Assembly (NCBI GenBank): GCA_051294375.1
Contig: CM119265.1
Coordinates: 8,378,772 to 8,442,771 of the forward strand
DNA from: Paraspadella gotoi
Lineage: Eukaryota; Animalia; Chaetognatha
Direction of reading: 5' to 3'
DNA: 64,000 nt
Shown here: positions 36,518 to 48,071 of the stretch, piece after piece
Layout: the number at the start of each line of letters is the position of its first letter
How positions within the stretch are numbered: the first letter of the stretch is position 1
Position numbers and translations under genes: made by a program
The notes under the pieces: generated by a model
Told to the model about the DNA's origin: nothing
Database searches by the model: none
The model's input: only the letters and a program-made list of their open reading frames with translations

Positions 36518-38359
36518 ATGGTTCGCTTCGCGATCGTCCTCGGCGTCTTTCTCGCCGCGGTGATCGTCCGCGAAGTGGGAGGCAACGTCCTGAAGGAAGA
36601 CTTGAATAGGCTGCTTCAAAAGGTGGATGGGAGAAGGCGGAAAGGGGGCGTCGGTGGGGGGAAAAGAGAGAGGGGGCGTGAGTGGGGCTACGTTTTTAGT
36701 TAGAGGGATTAAAGTTATTCCGTAGAATTGGTAAAAGAAAAGCGGAGATGTTTACATAAAAAAAGCTTATATACTTACTCCCTCATAAAAGCCACGCCAC
36801 GCCCCCTTTTCCTCTAGACTAAAGAGGTCATATACGCCGACCGGATGCACAAGCGTCTGCAGGCGGCGGCGTATCAGGTCCGAAACCGCTTCCGTCTCGA
36901 TGATCACCGTTCGGCCGCTCGACGCGCCCACGTCCGGCAGACAGCGGAGAAGTTCGCCCGACGCCTCTTCCAACTGGCCAAAGCGGCGCGGTTCGTCGAG
37001 GACGCCAAAGCCGCCGCCGCCGCCGCATCGGGAGACGCGATGCAGCAACTTAAGGAGGCGGAGAAGACGGCGGACGAGGCGAGGGAGGAAGAGAAGGAGG
37101 CGGAGAAGCAGGCGGAGAAGGAGGACAAAATAGAGGAGAAGGCTGAGGAGGAGGAGGAGGAGGAAGGCCAGTTGAACGAGGAGGAAGCGGGGCTGGAATC
37201 TGATCTAGAAAATCAGGCGCCGCCTGAAGAGGAAGAGGAGGAGGAGGGGCAGAATCAGTCAGATTCCGATTCCGACGAAGAAAATAATGAGCAGAAAGAC
37301 AAGGACGCCCAAGAGGAGCAAGGGAAAAAGGAGGCCGGAGTGGAAAAGGAAGAAGAGCATTTGGAAGAAAAGAGGAAGAAGGAGAACGAGGAGGGGAAGG
37401 AGGAAGAGAAAGCCCTACAGAAAAAAGGAGAACTGGGAACGATGGAATCGAACGAGAAAGATGATGCGGAAGCTAAGGAGGAAGAACACGCGACGCAGGA
37501 GCAGCCGTCGGAAGAGGAGAATACGAATCCGGTCCAGGCCATCGTCAAGTTTTTGGCCACGGATCCGGAGCCTCATCAGGCCGACAACGCGGAGCTGACT
37601 GATCCCGACGAAACCAACAACAGCGTCAAGAAGTTGGTCAAGCACACCAACGAGAATCTGGAGAAGAAGACCGACGGCGAAGTGGTGAGGGAGTGGGTCG
37701 AAGGGTCAAAGGTCACGTGGGCAAAGGATGAGACGTGTCGCGGGGATATTGGAAATGCGTTTTGACCGATAGCGAATCGATTGAATAGCGATCCGGCGCC
37801 GGGATTCTTTTCGCAGGTGATTAACAAGGGAATGGACAAGAACACCCTGAAGAAGAACGGCGAGATCGCGAAGAAGACCGTCAAGGAATCCCAGGACAAG
37901 AAGAAGGGCGGAGAGGAAATCATCGACAAGGAGGTGGGCATTAGGGAGGGGGGTGGGGAAAGTGATAGACAGAGTAAAAATTGGTGGGGGGGGGAAAAGG
38001 GAATGGGGAAAGAGGGAGGAGAGAGGAAATAAGGGAGGAGTAAAAAGGAGAGATGAGGTCAGCATCGGTCAAATCGATCGAAAGAAAAGTAGATGGAATG
38101 AAAAGACGGATGGAGGAGTAGACAGCTAAAAATTGGAAGTGTGAAGTTCATTACGATAATAACGACTAATAAGAAAAAGTGGCGGAAAAAGACATTGTAA
38201 GACATTGTTGATCATCGTGTTCAGGCCAACCTGGAGATCGATCGCGCTCCCAACTCGGACAAGGTGGATCCCGCCATCAAGAACGCCGCCCACGTCAGAG
38301 TCTTTAACGTCGCTAACTTGGCCGTCGTCGCCGCCATCTCGTGCCTTCTCGCTCTGTGA
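36518..38359 (+). CDS. 4-exon gene for a 407-aa secreted, highly acidic (Glu-rich), likely coiled-coil and GPI-anchored surface protein; exons 36518-36622, 36818-37684, 37817-37933, 38225-38359
   Basis: All three introns are GT-AG and phase 0, and splicing gives one open frame. The protein has a signal peptide MVRFAIVLGVFLAAVIVREVGG, a basic helical segment, a ~170-aa E/K/Q-rich tract, a Lys-rich segment and the C-terminus ...PAIKNAAHVRVFNVANLAVVAAISCLLAL* (small-residue omega site, spacer, hydrophobic tail). AATAAA at 38530. Confidence 0.85.
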
Positions 38360-39777
38360 GAGTCTTCGTTGTCATGACGACGGAGACGCGACGGCGAAAC
38401 AAAAAAAAAAAGATTTCAAAGGATTTCGAGTTTTTTTTTTCGCTCAATTTAAGACGGTCACCATTTAATTATTTTTTTTTTTGAATAGACGAGATTCGTG
38501 TTAGGGAATTTTAATCTTATTTTATAGGGAATAAATTGGGGATGGAGGTTTTTGAAAAGAAAAATAGAGAAAAAGTGACACGTTTTTATGTGTTTTGTCT
38601 TTTTTTGTAATATTTTTTCAAGACATTGAATTATTTTTACATGAAAAAGTTGAGTCTTGTTAAACGAACGGTCGCGATTGGTACGTTTAACCAACAATTA
38701 ATAAATAAATACTTATTTTTTCAACCGACTGATGAGCGCTAGGAGGCCAGTTAGAGAGGTTGGGCGGTGGAAGGGTCGTAGGTTCGAAACGGGTCACCTA
38801 CAGTTTTCTTTCTCAATCCCTGCCAACGTAGAATTTATTTATTTATTTATCGGGTGCAAGGTGATCTGACAAAAATTTCATTCAATACAAATTTTCTATT
38901 AATTCCGCTCTGTGGTTATATTTTTAAACAGGGAACCTGAGGTTTGCTGCGCGACCGAAAAGAGAAAGGGGGGAGGCGAGGAAGTAGCCTTAAATCCCTC
39001 GGGCGAAATTAGCAACCGCGAGGGAACGAAGAAGGCAGGACGCAGAGTGGGCGTGTCCCTCGACGAATGTTTTTGACGGGAGGTCAGCGTCATCGTCGGT
39101 TTCATCCAAAGCGGCGACGCCCTCGTATGCCCTTTGTTTTTTATGTTTTCTTTTTTTCAGAAGGCGGCGTTGGTGGTGGCGTTTTGATCGTGGTCTATTA
39201 ATAAAGATGTTGTGGAAATGGAGGGTAGGGGAAGACGTGAAGGTTTCAGAGTTAGAGTTAGTGAACCTTAGGGGTTTTAATACTAAACTGTATTGTCTAA
39301 AAGAAGTTGGTTTTCGCTGGAATGAGTCGAGACTAGAATACGATAAATTCTATACATATTACATAAATCATATAATTTGTGATACCCGTAACGTAACGCT
39401 TGATCGAATGAATATCAGGATGAACCAGTCGATGCTCATTATGATCATAAGGATGACTACAAAGACGACGATAACGACGACGACGAACCTCGACCTTCGA
39501 CTTCGCCGTCAAAAAAGAAGAGTTACGACGACGGGCGGGTCCAACGTCCCGTAAATCTACTTCCTCTCCTTTTCTAAATTCTTCACAGTTTTTAAATTCT
39601 TTTTAAATTTCAGTCTTTGTCAATTTCATGGTTTTTTTTTCCCTCTCGCGCGATTATCGGATTATTTCGTCTTGAGTCTCGATTTTCGATTCAACCCGAC
39701 GACCATAAAATTGGATTTTGTGTTGATGACTCTTTTAAGCGACGATAGATGGGAGAGGGGTGGTTTTTTTTGTTGAG

Positions 39778-40132
39778 GGGGTGGTAATAAGAAGGCTTGG
39801 CGGTGGGTACAGGGGTGTGGAGGGGAATAAAAGAGAAGGGGGTGGTAATAAGAATGCTTGGCGGTGGAGTACAGGGGTGTGGAGGGGGAATAAAAGAGAG
39901 GGGGGTGGTAATAAGAAGAAGGCTTGGCGGTGGGTACAGGGGTGTGGAGGGGAATAAAAGAGAGGGGGGTGGTAATAAGAAGGCTTGGCGTGGGTACAGG
40001 GGTGTGGAGGGGAATAAAAGAGAGGGGGGTGGTAATAAGAAGGCTTGGCGGTGGGTACAGGGGTGGGAGGGGAATAAAAGAGAGGGGGTGGTAATAAAGA
40101 GGCTTGTCATTGGGTACAGGGGTGTGGAAGGG
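39778..40132. repeat. G-rich ~61-bp minisatellite, 6 units
   Basis: Unit GGTAATAAGAAGGCTTGGCGGTGGGTACAGGGGTGTGGAGGGGAATAAAAGAGAGGGGGGT in tandem with no spacers. Confidence 0.95.
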
Positions 40133-42143
40133 AAAAAATTTTCCATTAATCATTCCGTCGTCGTGTTTTTTCGACGCGTCAGAAGATGAACCAAGATACA
40201 CACGATGTACCCATGCACCCATGCACCCATGATGCACCCAAGATGCACCATGATACAACCAAACGCTTTACAAAATTCTCCAGATACTTATTGATTTTTT
40301 TTATGACCGTCGTCGTCGTCTTTAATGGAACTCACCTCGAAGCTAAGTATCACTTCGCCACTTACTTTCACTTTCCTTCAAAAATTTCCAAATTTCCTAG
40401 AAACATCTGATTTCAACGGAATCTTGTTTAGTTTTTACTACTATAACTAACATTCAAGTCCTAAGAAATCGCCACTCGCTGGCCACTCTAAAATGCGACT
40501 CTCACATGGCAATGCCACACTAAAGCGACTGACCCCAAAGAGCGCCTTACTATCGTCCATAGCCTGATACTAATAGTAGAAACGAGCCGCTCCAGTAAAA
40601 CAAAAAACAAAAAAAAATTCCCGCCGATCGTCTTTTGTCCCGAATCTTCCGCTCATCGTTTGACTTTGCCGAAGCGCCCTCGCGCGACTAAACGATTTAC
40701 GGTTTCACAAACGAGCGCCGAAAATAAATCACGTGAAAGTCTCTCGCCGTCTCGGCTCTTAATGAAAACGGTGACAACAACGACGAGGATTTTCGCCGTT
40801 TGAACTCAAAGGCGTCCGCTGAGCTATTTACTCATTTTATGATTTTTTTTTTTAATGACGACGACGGTGAAGACACCGACGACGAAACTGTGTGTTAAGT
40901 TAAAGAGAAGGAGAGAGACAGAGAGAAGAGAGAAAGACGAGAGAGGCATTCGTTAAATTGCGAACTTCCATGAATAATCACTGGATTTACCGGGTCTCCA
41001 ATATTTTCTAATTTGGTTTTTTTAGATTCGGAAAAATTTTAGGAAAGAAATCGGTTTGAAAACGACGATTAAAACTGGGACTTGAAGACTGTAAGACAAA
41101 ACAACTCACTCTCTCTCTCTCTCTCAAAACCGTGACGAAAAAGATGAAAGAACGACGGCGAACACTTGTCAATTGAATTCTTTTCATTTAGAAATATTAC
41201 AACGAGTGAAGATAGATGAAGATGAGAGAGAAAGGAAAAAAAATATAATGAAACCAAGATGCATTTTCAATTTATTATAATTTGATTTTGAAATTCATAC
41301 CTACGAGACAGTATTTTGCTGGTCGTCTTCTATTCTTGTTAAAAATATGTGGTTAAGAGTTAAATTTTATTCATTTCACTATTTACTAACTTTATAATAA
41401 GATTTTTAGATTCAATTATCTCCATTTTATTGTTGGAATTAGTCCAGTCTTTTCCGTACGATGTTGAGTTCATCACTTTTCCGTCGGGGCCACCTCGTAC
41501 GCTGATTTATTTTTTTTTTCTTCAAAAAAAAAAAAAAAAAGGAAAAAAAATTGGAATAGTTAAAAAATTATGGAAAGGATAAATTTTAATCATGATTTTT
41601 TCAAATCAATTCACTATTGGATAGAAACGTTAACCTCCAACCATTAATACAAGTATGAGAAAGAAGGGAAGCGCTCTTATCTCTCTAAAAATTAAATCTG
41701 TTGCAAACGTACAGTCAACGGAAACCGGAAAAGATATCAATAGGGATAAGAAATGGTTTACCAAATAAATGACATCCTGTGTTTGAATTTTAAGAGGGAT
41801 TTGACCTTTTTTCTAGACCTTCCTGTGCGTGCTATGAAGAATGATATCAGCTATTAAAATTTCCTTTATTAGAGGCAGCCCAACCCAAGAATTCAGCTTT
41901 CTGCATAAAAAAAAATCGAAATTCATGGAAAAAATGACTTCCAAGTGAAAGTAAGAGGAATGGAGGGTATCAGTATTTAGGGGAGATCAAATTAAAAATT
42001 TTTCCAATAAATATCTCGTCCTTGTGCGAATTGCAAAAGAGATGGGTATTTTTCTCCACTTTCCCGCGCGAAAGAAAAATTAATGACTATTCACCATTTT
42101 CGAATTCCTTTTAATGATAGGACCCTTTAAGCTTATGATATCA

Positions 42144-42163
42144 TTATCAACTGGGTCCCTTAA
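42144..42163 (-). mobile_element. Isolated terminus of the same TTAA/GGGACCCAG MITE family
   Basis: TTATCAACTGGGTCCCTTAA is the reverse complement of TTAAGGGACCCAG(T)TGATA at 29805. The partner end was not identified. Confidence 0.55.
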
Positions 42164-44461
42164 GGATAAGGTTAAAGCTCAGAGAATAATGTGGAATCAA
42201 GAACTTTTTGCATGCCAGTGGGTCTTCCCTAGGTCTGTTGCAGGAGGAATTTAATTGCTCGCCAGCAGCAGGATATCATTTAGAGTTTGGAGGCAGGGGA
42301 TAAGATTAGAAGTCAATGGATTTTATTCTGAGGCAGTGAGAGCTTGGCTGGGGCCTGGGTGCAAATTATGAGCCAGGAATCTCTGCCTCACTGAAAACTA
42401 TATTTATTATATAATGTGAATGTGACTTGATAGTAAGGAGAAATTTTAAGCCACTCGGGCTCTTTTGAATGCAGTGTTTGCACACAATGTGAGACAGTTG
42501 GACAATTCCTAAATATTGCCCAATAGTGTACTCCTCGGAGACAAAAATGTTGACCGCAATGCGAGATAAGAAAAAAAAATGTAGGAAATTGTGTTCCAAA
42601 GATCATCCATTCTGATTTTGTCTTAAGTTACAGGGGAGAGTTAAACGGTTGGAAAGATGTCTTTTGCGGAGGTTATGGTGATCTAAGATGAAAAGTTATC
42701 AGTTATAAGCATTATGAATCTAAATGGGAAGGTCTTGGAGGTTGAGTTAAAAGATTGAACTGGAGAGGCATTTGGTGCTCAATATCTCTAGATCCTCAAG
42801 GTCTCTAGGTCATCTGTGTTGCGACAGAATGGGTATTAATTTTGAACGTCATATATGCATGTTGCTTATTATGGATATGTAATGCATTTGTCATTGTCTG
42901 TGTGTTGTTTAGAAAGAGAGAGATAGATATTAGTGTTAGAGTGATGAAGTGTGTAAGGCTTTATGGGAAACTGGGTGATGCCTAATGAAAGACTAGATTT
43001 GACAGAATTTGATAAAGGAGTGGGTGAATAACAGAAGAGGAGCTAAAATTAATCTGAGGAATGGCCGAGGGATACTTAAGTCTATAATTATTGAGGAGAA
43101 AAGAGGAGAAGGTGAGGGGCAGGGAAAACGCTGGAACTCTCAAACTAAAATGTAAAAAAGGAGTGCGAGAAACGGACAGGGAGCCACCTTGGGGAGGCAT
43201 ACAGGGAAGCGGGAGGAATATGGGTCAGAAAAGAAGAGGGGTCGGCACTGCTGGGAGGAACAGGGGAAGGAATGGAGGAGACAGGACCCTTGGGGAACGG
43301 AGCCTGACCACACTTTCTTGTATCTTCTCTCTCTCTCGCTCGTCTGCTCTCTGCGTCTTCTCTACTCTGGTATCAGTAAAAATCAATGCTCTGGCCCTCT
43401 ACTCTCTCTCTTTCTCATCTTTCTCTACACTCTTCCCTGTTTATTTCACGTGTAGGCAGATGAAGGGAATCGAGAGTATCATTTTCGTTTTTGTGTCCTT
43501 TTCATATTTTTTTCCAATTGTTGCTCTTTTTTATCCCTCTTTCCTTTAGTTTTATTGGGCCACTTCTTTGTCTAGTGTGTTATCGCCTATCGCTGTTTGA
43601 TCTGGTACATTTGTCGATTAAGTATTGCGTTGCGTATAATTTCGGTTTATATGGTAAAATAAACTTAAGCGCTTGTGTGGGTTTAAAGAGTTTTAGTTTA
43701 AAATACAAAGAGCAATTAAAAGGGGAAATTGATACTAATGTAATTGTTAGGTACGGACCTACGTTGCTAAAGTTTTAAGAATATATTCATTGTAAACTCA
43801 TGGGTTAATATACTCGAAATCTAATATGCCAGAGAAATTGTGTGGTGAGTAAGTGAATGTGGGTTAATCAATTAAACGAAGTTTTAAACCGCATTTTAAA
43901 GACCGTCGCGGTGACGCTGGAGGCATTGACAGACAATTGAGGGTACAACCGATTAAAGTAAAAAGACACTAGCAACGGGAATGAATAATAATAATAAAAT
44001 AGAATATATAATTAATCTTAGTAATAATAATCTGACAAATCAAAGAGGCATGAATTAATTATAAGAACAAGCTGAAAAAACTCATAACTTCTAAGATGAG
44101 TATAACAGGAAAATAATAATGAAAACCATGCATTTTGTTCCAGGAAGGCCACTGTTACTATTAATTAACTGGTATCTAACTTCTACAAGATCATTACTCT
44201 CTATCTCTCTCTTCTCTCTCTCTCTCTCTGGCTCTTGTGTCTCTATCTCTCTCTCCATCTCTTGCTCTCTCTCTCTCATCTCATCTCTCTCTACTCTTGG
44301 TACTCCCCTCATTCAGCTCTAAAGATTTACACACTTAAAACACGTATCAACCGTAAAATTTCCATACGAGTCTAACCCAGGTTAAAGGTCGCAGGAGAGA
44401 TTACTAACATTAACTAATTATACAGAGACATNNNNNNNNNNNNNNNNNNNNNNNNNATTAA

Positions 44462-44870
44462 TTAAAGTAAAGTGGCCTTCCTGAACAAAGCATGACATTA
44501 GAAAAGTGAGGCGCAAAAAGCGTTGCGATTTAATAAATCATTTGTTCGTTGGTAGGTTAATCGGTTGTCTCATTGTCTGTCTGTCCGCGCGCTTTAAATG
44601 TACGTTGAAAAAATCACAACTAAACAAATTTATGGCAAGTCGAGTAATAATGATTTATCTAAATACAGCACGTAGTTTTAAAATATATTTGTATTAAAAA
44701 CTTTAACACAAGGCTATTTACGTAATTATAGCGAATAATCTAAAGCAGAAAAAGGTGGCGAACAAAAAAGTGAATAAGAGGGAAAAAAGAGCAAAATTGA
44801 AAAAAGAAAAGGAAACACGAAAATGCTTCGATTTCCCTTCATTGCCACGTGAAATAACAGGGGAAGAGTG
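44462..44870 (+). repeat. ~400-bp dispersed repeat X (other copies ~50397-50830 and ~63252-63672)
   Basis: All three copies run from TAAAGTAAAGTGGCC...GAACAAAGCATGAC to ...TTCATTGCCACGTGAAATAAC, each adjoining AG tracts or gaps. Confidence 0.9.
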
Positions 44871-44882
44871 AGAGAAAGAGAG

Positions 44883-46149
44883 CTTTGATATATCACTTTA
44901 CTTAGTTACATATTCCCCCGTCGTGTTTTTGCTCTCTTTCCAACTTTCAGCCCCCAAAAATCCTAGGTTCAGTCTTAATCGTGCGCGGTCAACACTCAAT
45001 TTTCTTAGAGGAACTTTTCGCGACCTTTTTTTTTCCCGGGGTCATCGCGTCGCGTCGCCCCTCTCCCTGGTTTCTGTTTTCATTCCCCTCAACCGACTTG
45101 TTTTTTTCCCGGGGGGTCGATCCGCCCCGGTCGCGCTCGGCCCCTCTCCCTGTTTCGTTTCGATTCCACCTCACCGACCTTTTTTTCTTTGCCCGGGGTC
45201 ATCCGCCACGGATCGCGTCGCCCCTCCTCCCTGGTTTTGTCATTCCCCTCACCGTACTTTGTTTTTTTCGGGCTCATCCGCCCCGCGTCGCAGTCGCCTC
45301 TCCCTGTTTTGTTCATTCCCGCTCACCGACTTTTTTTGTTCCCGGGTCATTTCCGCCCGGTCGGGCGCATATGCGGTCGGCCCCTCTCGCCGTATTTGTT
45401 TCATCTCCCTCACCGACTTTTTTTTTCCCGGGGGTCATCCGCCCGGTCGCGTCGCCCCTTCCTCCCTGTTTTAGGTTTCATTCCCCTCACCGACTTTTTT
45501 TTTTCCCGGGGTCATCCGCCTGTGGCACGGCGCCCGGTCGCGTCACCCGTCTCCTGTTTTGTTCCATTCCCCTCACCGACTTTCACCCTAGAAACTGAGC
45601 CTTTTCTACCAACTCTAAAATTCTTTGAATTGTCACTTTTTACAAATCAATTTTCTTTTATTAGATCAGAATTTTAAAACGGTTCTTCACGCTTAACCCT
45701 ATTTCCAATCTGTATATATTCTCTCCAAATAGTCACTAATCTTACTTTTTTTTAACTGACCACTACCGGCACTAGAGCCGCGTTTTCTCTAGAATTACAT
45801 TACTTTTTAAACTACTTCCATTAACTTCCTCACCGCCAACTCACAATTTCCCGCAACCCCACGTCTCAATTCCCATATTCGCTCTTCCTCTTTCCCGCAA
45901 ACCCCGCGAATGTCGACTCCATTTTTACCACCCCCCCCCCTCAACCACGCTTTCCCACCCCCGCTTCTATAATTCTATTTCCATTCCCTCTTCCCCTCGG
46001 CCATTGGGCCCGGTGAAAGGAAAAAGCGCGGAACGAATCCTTCGGGGTGCTATTCTGCCTGAGATCCCCAGCTGTTGGCCTGGGTTTTTTTTATAGCCAG
46101 AAAGCGAGAACGAGGGGAAACGAGAGAGGAGAGAGAGAGAAGAGAGAGA

Positions 46150-46184
<35 letters not shown>

Positions 46185-47120
46185 AGAGCAAGAGCGAAAA
46201 CTTGTCTAATAATATGGCTATCTTTAAAATTAACAACCTTGTTTCACCCTCTTTTTCTAACTTACGACTTTGTTCATAGTTGATATAACTTAAATCTCTC
46301 TTTATAGTGTGCAAGGCTGCTGTCGACTTCGACACAGATCCTTTCCTTTGTATTTAATCAGCTGATGCGAAAATCCGAGCAAAAGATCTCGAGAATTCGA
46401 CAGTCTTTTTTTTTCTTTCTTTTTTCTTTTTGTTCTTTCTTTTGTCGGTTCGAAGTACGACGTCTCCTTTTCTAAAGAAAAAATAAACATAAAGAATAGA
46501 AAATAAAATTCTAAAAGAGTAATTCAGCCAACCGAAAACAACGAATTTGATGCCACAAAAGTTTTACGTTTTCCGATTTTCTGATTTAAAAAACAGCAAT
46601 TAATTTTCGCGTGAATTTGCCGACAAGAATGAAACCGGCAAAGAATAAAAAATATTTTAAATTTCAAGCTTAAATGAGAATCGACTTACCTGTTTGATCG
46701 AACCAGAGGAAAGAAGGCGAAGAGAAGAAGGAATTTTAAAAAAGAAAACGAATTATTAAATTTAAATAAACAAGAAGGTCAAGACGATTTGGTGCAATGA
46801 AACAACAGATGTGGAAGAAAAAAAAAATAGTTTAAAAATTATTAAAATTAGGAAACTCTGCGCAAAAAATCTTACTAGTTGTCGAAGTTTCCATTTTGCC
46901 GATTCTCGTTCCTCACGACTTGCACTTCGATTTAACCACTTTTCTCCGCCACCCACGGCCTCTTGGCCCTACCAGATAACGCCACCTCTAACAACCTCGC
47001 CGCCAAACAAGCGACCGGAGAGCCAACTCATTACTCCGCGAGATATTCGAGAGAAGGCTCTCGGCCGGAACGGAAGCCGCTTCGGGAACCGGAGCCCTGA
47101 ACCACTTTTCTCTTATCTCT
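44883..47120 (-). repeat. ~2.2-kb segment Y, inverted relative to 54098-56316
   Basis: The ends are reverse-complementary (CTTTGATATATCACTTTAC vs GTAAAGTGTATATCAAAG; ACCACTTTTCTCTTATCT vs AGATAAGAGAAAGTGGT). ORFs 45189(+) and 55611(-) translate identically for over 100 aa. Confidence 0.92.
45024..45588. repeat. GC-rich ~75-bp minisatellite, ~7 units
   Basis: Unit roughly T(n)CCCGGGGTCATCCGCCCGGTCGCGTCGCCCCTCTCCCTGTTTTGTTTCATTCCCCTCACCGAC; inverted copies at ~55621-56180 (full) and ~47521-47650 (about 2 units). Confidence 0.93.
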
Positions 47121-47198
47121 CTCTCCTCTTCTCTCTCTACTCTCTCTCTCTGCTCTCTCTCTCTCCTTCTTTCNNNNNNNNNNNNNNNNNNNNNNNNN

Positions 47199-47775
47199 AA
47201 AATGGAGTCGACATCGCGGGTTGCGGAAAGAGGAGAGCGAATATGGAATTGAGGACGTGGGTTGCGGAAATTGGTGAGTTGGAGGTGAGGAAGTTAATGG
47301 AAGTAGTTTAAAAGTAATAGTATTAGCGAAAACGCGGCTAGTGCCGGGAGTGGTCAGTTAAAATAAAAGTAAGATAGTGACTATTGGACAGATATATACA
47401 GATTGGAAATAAGGTTAAGCGTGAAGAACCGTTTTAAAATTCGTGATCTATAAAAGAAAATTGATTTGTAAAAATGCAATGTCAAAGAAATTTTAGAGTT
47501 GGTAGAAAGGCTCAGTTTCTAGGGTGAAAGTCGGTGAGGGGAATGAAACAAAACAGGGAGAGGGGCGACGCGACCGGGCGGATGACCCCGGGAAAAACAG
47601 GGAGAGGGGCGACGCGACCGGGCGGATGACCCCGGGAAAAAAAAGGTCGGAAAAGTTCCTCTAAGAAATTGAGTGTTTGACCGAACGATTAAGACTGACT
47701 AGGATTTTTTGGGGGCTGAAAGTGGAAAGAGAGAAAAAAACACGACGGGGGAAAAGTAATAAGTAAAGTGATATG
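47199..47775 (+). repeat. Partial copy of segment Y with a collapsed minisatellite
   Basis: Matches ~55266-56310 directly, and ~44890-45925 in inverted orientation, but has only ~2 minisatellite units. It is followed by an AAAAGTGAG-rich low-complexity tract to ~48060. Confidence 0.85.
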
Positions 47776-48071
47776 AAAAGTGAGGAAAAAATTGATATTA
47801 GTTAGAAAAGAAAATTCATAAGAAAAGTGAGGAAAAAAGTGAGAAAAGGGAAAGTGCTAAGAAAAGTGATAAGAAAGTAAAAAAAGAAAGAAAAATAAAA
47901 GTGTTAAGAAAAGTGAGAAAAAGAGCAGTGATAAGAGAGAGAAAATAAAAGTGGAGAGAAAAGTGAGAAAAAGAAACGTTAAATTTTCACCGAAAAGTAA
48001 GAAAGCGTTACAAAAAAGAAGCCAGTAATGAAAGGAAAACCCGAAAAGCGGAAAAAACACTAGGGAAAAAG

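Larger units (their letters stand above)
29591..40850 (+). repeat. Segment copy 2 (cleanest copy), including the intact gene and the G-rich minisatellite
   Basis: 29591-38186 matches 21269-29584; ~34675-40850 matches 56342-63070; ~39226-40850 matches 48072-50190. Confidence 0.9.

Noticed and set aside
38729-38800. Hammerhead ribozyme (CTGATGA...CGAAAC-GG-GTC)
   Set aside because: Stems I and II cannot be formed, and the copy near 60686 lacks the CTGATGA core.
39778-40132. Regular ~61-bp repeats (also the 75-bp array at 45024-45588) as a CRISPR array
   Set aside because: Units are head-to-tail with no unique spacers, there are no cas genes, and the context is eukaryotic; these are minisatellites.
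44923-45677. Long overlapping ORFs of 160-205 aa (also 39662-40258, 48864-49364, 55611-56125, 61742-62548)
   Set aside because: Several frames are open only because the minisatellite units lack stop codons; the peptides are repeats with no domain character.
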